A stretch of 64,000 bases of DNA. Origin: Dendrobates tinctorius (lineage: Eukaryota). The notes beneath the pieces are model-generated. The model was not told where the DNA came from. It ran no database searches and worked only from the letters and a program-made list of their open reading frames with translations. Positions 61,196 to 64,000 of this stretch are shown one piece after another (position 1 is the first letter of the stretch; every line of letters starts with the position of its first letter). The stretch covers positions 11,160,001 to 11,224,000 of the forward strand of contig NW_027361688.1 of assembly GCF_039654945.1 (NCBI RefSeq), given 5' to 3'. The translations under genes were made by a program, and so were the position numbers.

Positions 61196-62749
61196 CTGCA
61201 AGAAAAGTGAGAGACAAGAGAAGAGAAGAGTTAGTGCGGGCGAAGCGAGCGGGGCAGCGGAGCAGAAGGGACCACCCGTCAGGGCGGCCCAGAATAAAGC
61301 AGCTCAAGCCATCGGAATACTGGTTCTACACTTATATTACAGGTCACATGTCCCCCCCCCAAAAAAAAAAAAGTCCAAAAAACATTCTAACTCTCCACTC
61401 ACATCCAGAGCTGCAATCACAAAGCTACTAACTTCTAAGCGCTATACAGACAATGAGTCAGCAGAGGGCAGCGGTGAGGCTCGAGGGCATGTAGCGGATA
61501 AGAGCGGTATTATTTTGGGGGGAAGCTTTGGATGTGAATGGAGTAGAAGACAGGAAAAGATACAATGGAATCAAGAAGATTCGCAGGACGCGTCCAGAGC
61601 CCTGCGGGGGGGGGGCGTGGGGGAGGGGTTTATAAAATCCCATCCCCTCCTCAGGCCGGGTCGTACCCAAATGTATCCAAATTATATATATATATATATA
61701 TATATAATTTTAATTTAATTTTTTTTTTATTTATTTACATTTATGTATATATCCCATAATTTTGAATGTAAATCTGAAGAAAAAATTTTTTAAAAGAAGA
61801 CAAAGAAGAAAAAAAATATATATCTTTTTTCCTTTTTAATTTTCATTTATTTATTTTTCTTTTGATTTGTCCGATTTTTTTTTTTCTTTTCGTTTTCAGA
61901 TTTGCCAATGGAGTTGGGTGTTATATATATATAATTTTTTTTTTCCTTTTAGTTTTAATATTATTAATATCTTTTTTTTTCAGATATAAGTCAAAATCTC
62001 TCTCTCTCTCTCTAATAATGTATGTAAGTATTTTTTTATTTATTTTTTTAGGTCTGCCAGATGAGTTAGGTGTTCTATATGCCTGAGAGATGGCTTGGCG
62101 TGACGCTTGGCCTAGAGAACTGGAAGTGAAGCACGTATAGAATATACTGTATATACGCAAGTGCGGCCTCTTAAACAATAAAATGAAAGAACCGGGGGAA
62201 TAGGAAAGAGGACTACAGATACCAGCAAACCCCAATAAGGGTGATATCTGCTGCTCCCTGCAGTCAGCTGGAGGTTACCCGCTGCTGCCTGCGACGCGAG
62301 CGCTGGTGCGCAGGCTCTCCTGTGCCGTACTCCTACATCCGCACTCTCCAGCATTTTATGGTATCGGTTAAAGAGCTTTGGCTTCTAACGTCACTCGGTG
62401 CGGCCTGGACAAGGCATCCTGGGACATGTAGTCCCCCAAGCTAAAATTTGCAGCAGTGATTTCTATTCTCTTCTGAAAAAAAAACAAGTAATCCCTAATG
62501 TAACCAAAATAAGTGGACAGGTCACTGCCCCATACAAAACCAACACACTCTTCTCCCGCCGCTGTCTACATTCTCATGATTTGATTGGTTGCACGCACTC
62601 TCGGAAAAGTAGTAGTAAGTTAGAAAAATACTTGGCCCTTCCCTAGCCAGCATCCATCGCCTTCCTTGTGAGTTTCCGTACAACTACATCAATCGCATGT
62701 GTCTACTTGGATCAGCTAAAATCCGCCGGACACGATGGATTTTACTTAC

Positions 62750-62873
62750 GTCTCTATCGCCTTGCGGTAATTCTTGGGACATTCGAATAGCAGGCACTTG
62801 TATCCTCCCTGGACATTGAAGCAAGTCTCAGAACCGGAGCAGTTGTGCGTCCCGGTGACACACTCATCCACAT
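62750..62873 (-). CDS. FBLN1: Fibulin-1 last shared exon (cbEGF), donor for the alternative C/D termini
   Basis: acccag|...|gtaagt, 124 bp. Encodes [41 protein letters not shown](T). Ends in phase 2, compatible with both the C and D acceptors. Confidence 0.95.
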
Positions 62874-62992
62874 CTGGGTAAGGGAAGAGATCATATGTAA
62901 GAGGAGTATATACTGCCCAGTAATATATACAGTGTAGTCTGTACTGAATTCTTCTACTGATTCTTTCTGAGGTTTCTTGCCCTTCTACATAC

Positions 62993-63124
62993 CTTGACAG
63001 TTTCTGCCATTAGGGGCCAGTGTGTATCCGGTAGGGGGACAGGTGCAGCGGAAGCTGCCGGGGACATTGTTGCAACGGTAGGAACATATGTGTCCACCGG
63101 TGGGGAGAGCGCACTCATCAATAT
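62993..63124 (-). CDS. FBLN1: Fibulin-1 shared exon, cbEGF repeat
   Basis: gtatag|...|gtatgt, 132 bp. Encodes [44 protein letters not shown]. Confidence 0.96.
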
Positions 63125-63362
63125 CTATACAGGGGATAATAGTAATCATCAGGATAGGTAGATAATAGATAGATATGAAATTTATAGATAATGAATCTTG
63201 AATACATTGTTTGTTCTCAGTACATCTTTCATTAAAAGTCTAATGCCACTGTAATAAACAATAGCTCTCTGCTGTACAATATACTGCCTCCATGTGCTGC
63301 ACAGACTTGGATTAGGTCCCTAGCAGTTCAGCCACAGGAAGCATCAGGAAATATTAATTTAC

Positions 63363-63482
63363 CTTCACATGTGATTCCGTCCACATCGCTCAGCTGATAG
63401 CCTCGGCGACAGTAGCACTGATAGGAGCCGTAGACGTTGGCGCACTCCTGGCTGCAGGGATTGCTGCCACATTCATCCACAT
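63363..63482 (-). CDS. FBLN1: Fibulin-1 shared exon, calcium-binding EGF repeat
   Basis: Bounded by ctttag|...|gtaaat, 120 bp, phase 1-1. Encodes [40 protein letters not shown], close to recalled vertebrate fibulin-1 cbEGF. Confidence 0.96.
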
Positions 63483-64000
63483 CTAAAGAATAAACAAGAA
63501 AAAAACGTAACAGACTGGTCTCTGGCTGTACACAGGACAAGTGGCTGCAGCAGGAGCCTCCCCCCACTTCTCTGCCTGCTATAGACCAGATGAGCACCTT
63601 CCTTCAGCACCCACCTTCACAATTTCGACCATCCAAGGCCAATTTGAAGCCCGTGGAACAACTGCAGTAGAAGGAGCCATCGGTGTTTTCACACTTGTGG
63701 GCGCAGACACGACCCGAGTATCCTCTGCACTCGTTAATATCTGGAATACAGAACAGTGTTATACTGCATGCACCTCTCTCTCCCCTCTCACAGCATAAAT
63801 ATCACAGGCAGAAGCTGAGAGGCTGCAGCTGCATCTCCCTTCTCACTCACACAGTATTAATCTATTAGACAGCTGCTGAAAGAACACAGCTTCATCCCTT
63901 TCCTCCCTTCACAGCATAAATATCATAGGTAGAAGCTGAGAGACTGCAGCTGCATCTCCCTCCTCCATTCACAACATAGATCTTATAAGCAAAAGCTAAA

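Noticed and set aside
60844-63482. Assignment to FBLN2 or another fibulin
   Set aside because: Both the C (…TAEL) and three-exon D (…SEFWF) alternative ends are present, which is characteristic of fibulin-1.

Overview
Vertebrate genomic DNA, most likely a frog, inferred from the repeat landscape (TTAA/AGG-ended T2/Kolobok-like MITEs, TAA-targeting Harbinger-like palindromes, CR1, Tc1). The only host gene I can see is the 3' part of fibulin-1 (FBLN1) on the minus strand. It has three shared cbEGF exons (63482-62750), the single terminal exon of isoform C (61195-60844) and the three terminal exons of isoform D (57480-43586). The rest is a dense nest of transposable elements and tandem repeats. 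These include an intact-looking Mag-clade Gypsy element inside the last FBLN1-D intron, an intact DD36E (Incomer-type) Tc1/mariner transposon, a frameshifted self-priming chromovirus, a 5'-truncated CR1, a decayed SCAN-bearing Gmr1-like element, several solo LTRs and many MITEs. The most unusual object is a non-autonomous LTR element (25429-30513, minus strand, tRNA-Ser PBS, PPT, 4-bp TSD). It shows no recognisable gag or pol. Its internal region instead holds one decayed ORF: a Pro/Ala-rich protein ending in what looks like a cold-shock (Y-box/Lin28-type) RNA-binding domain. All calls were made by eye, with no database searches.
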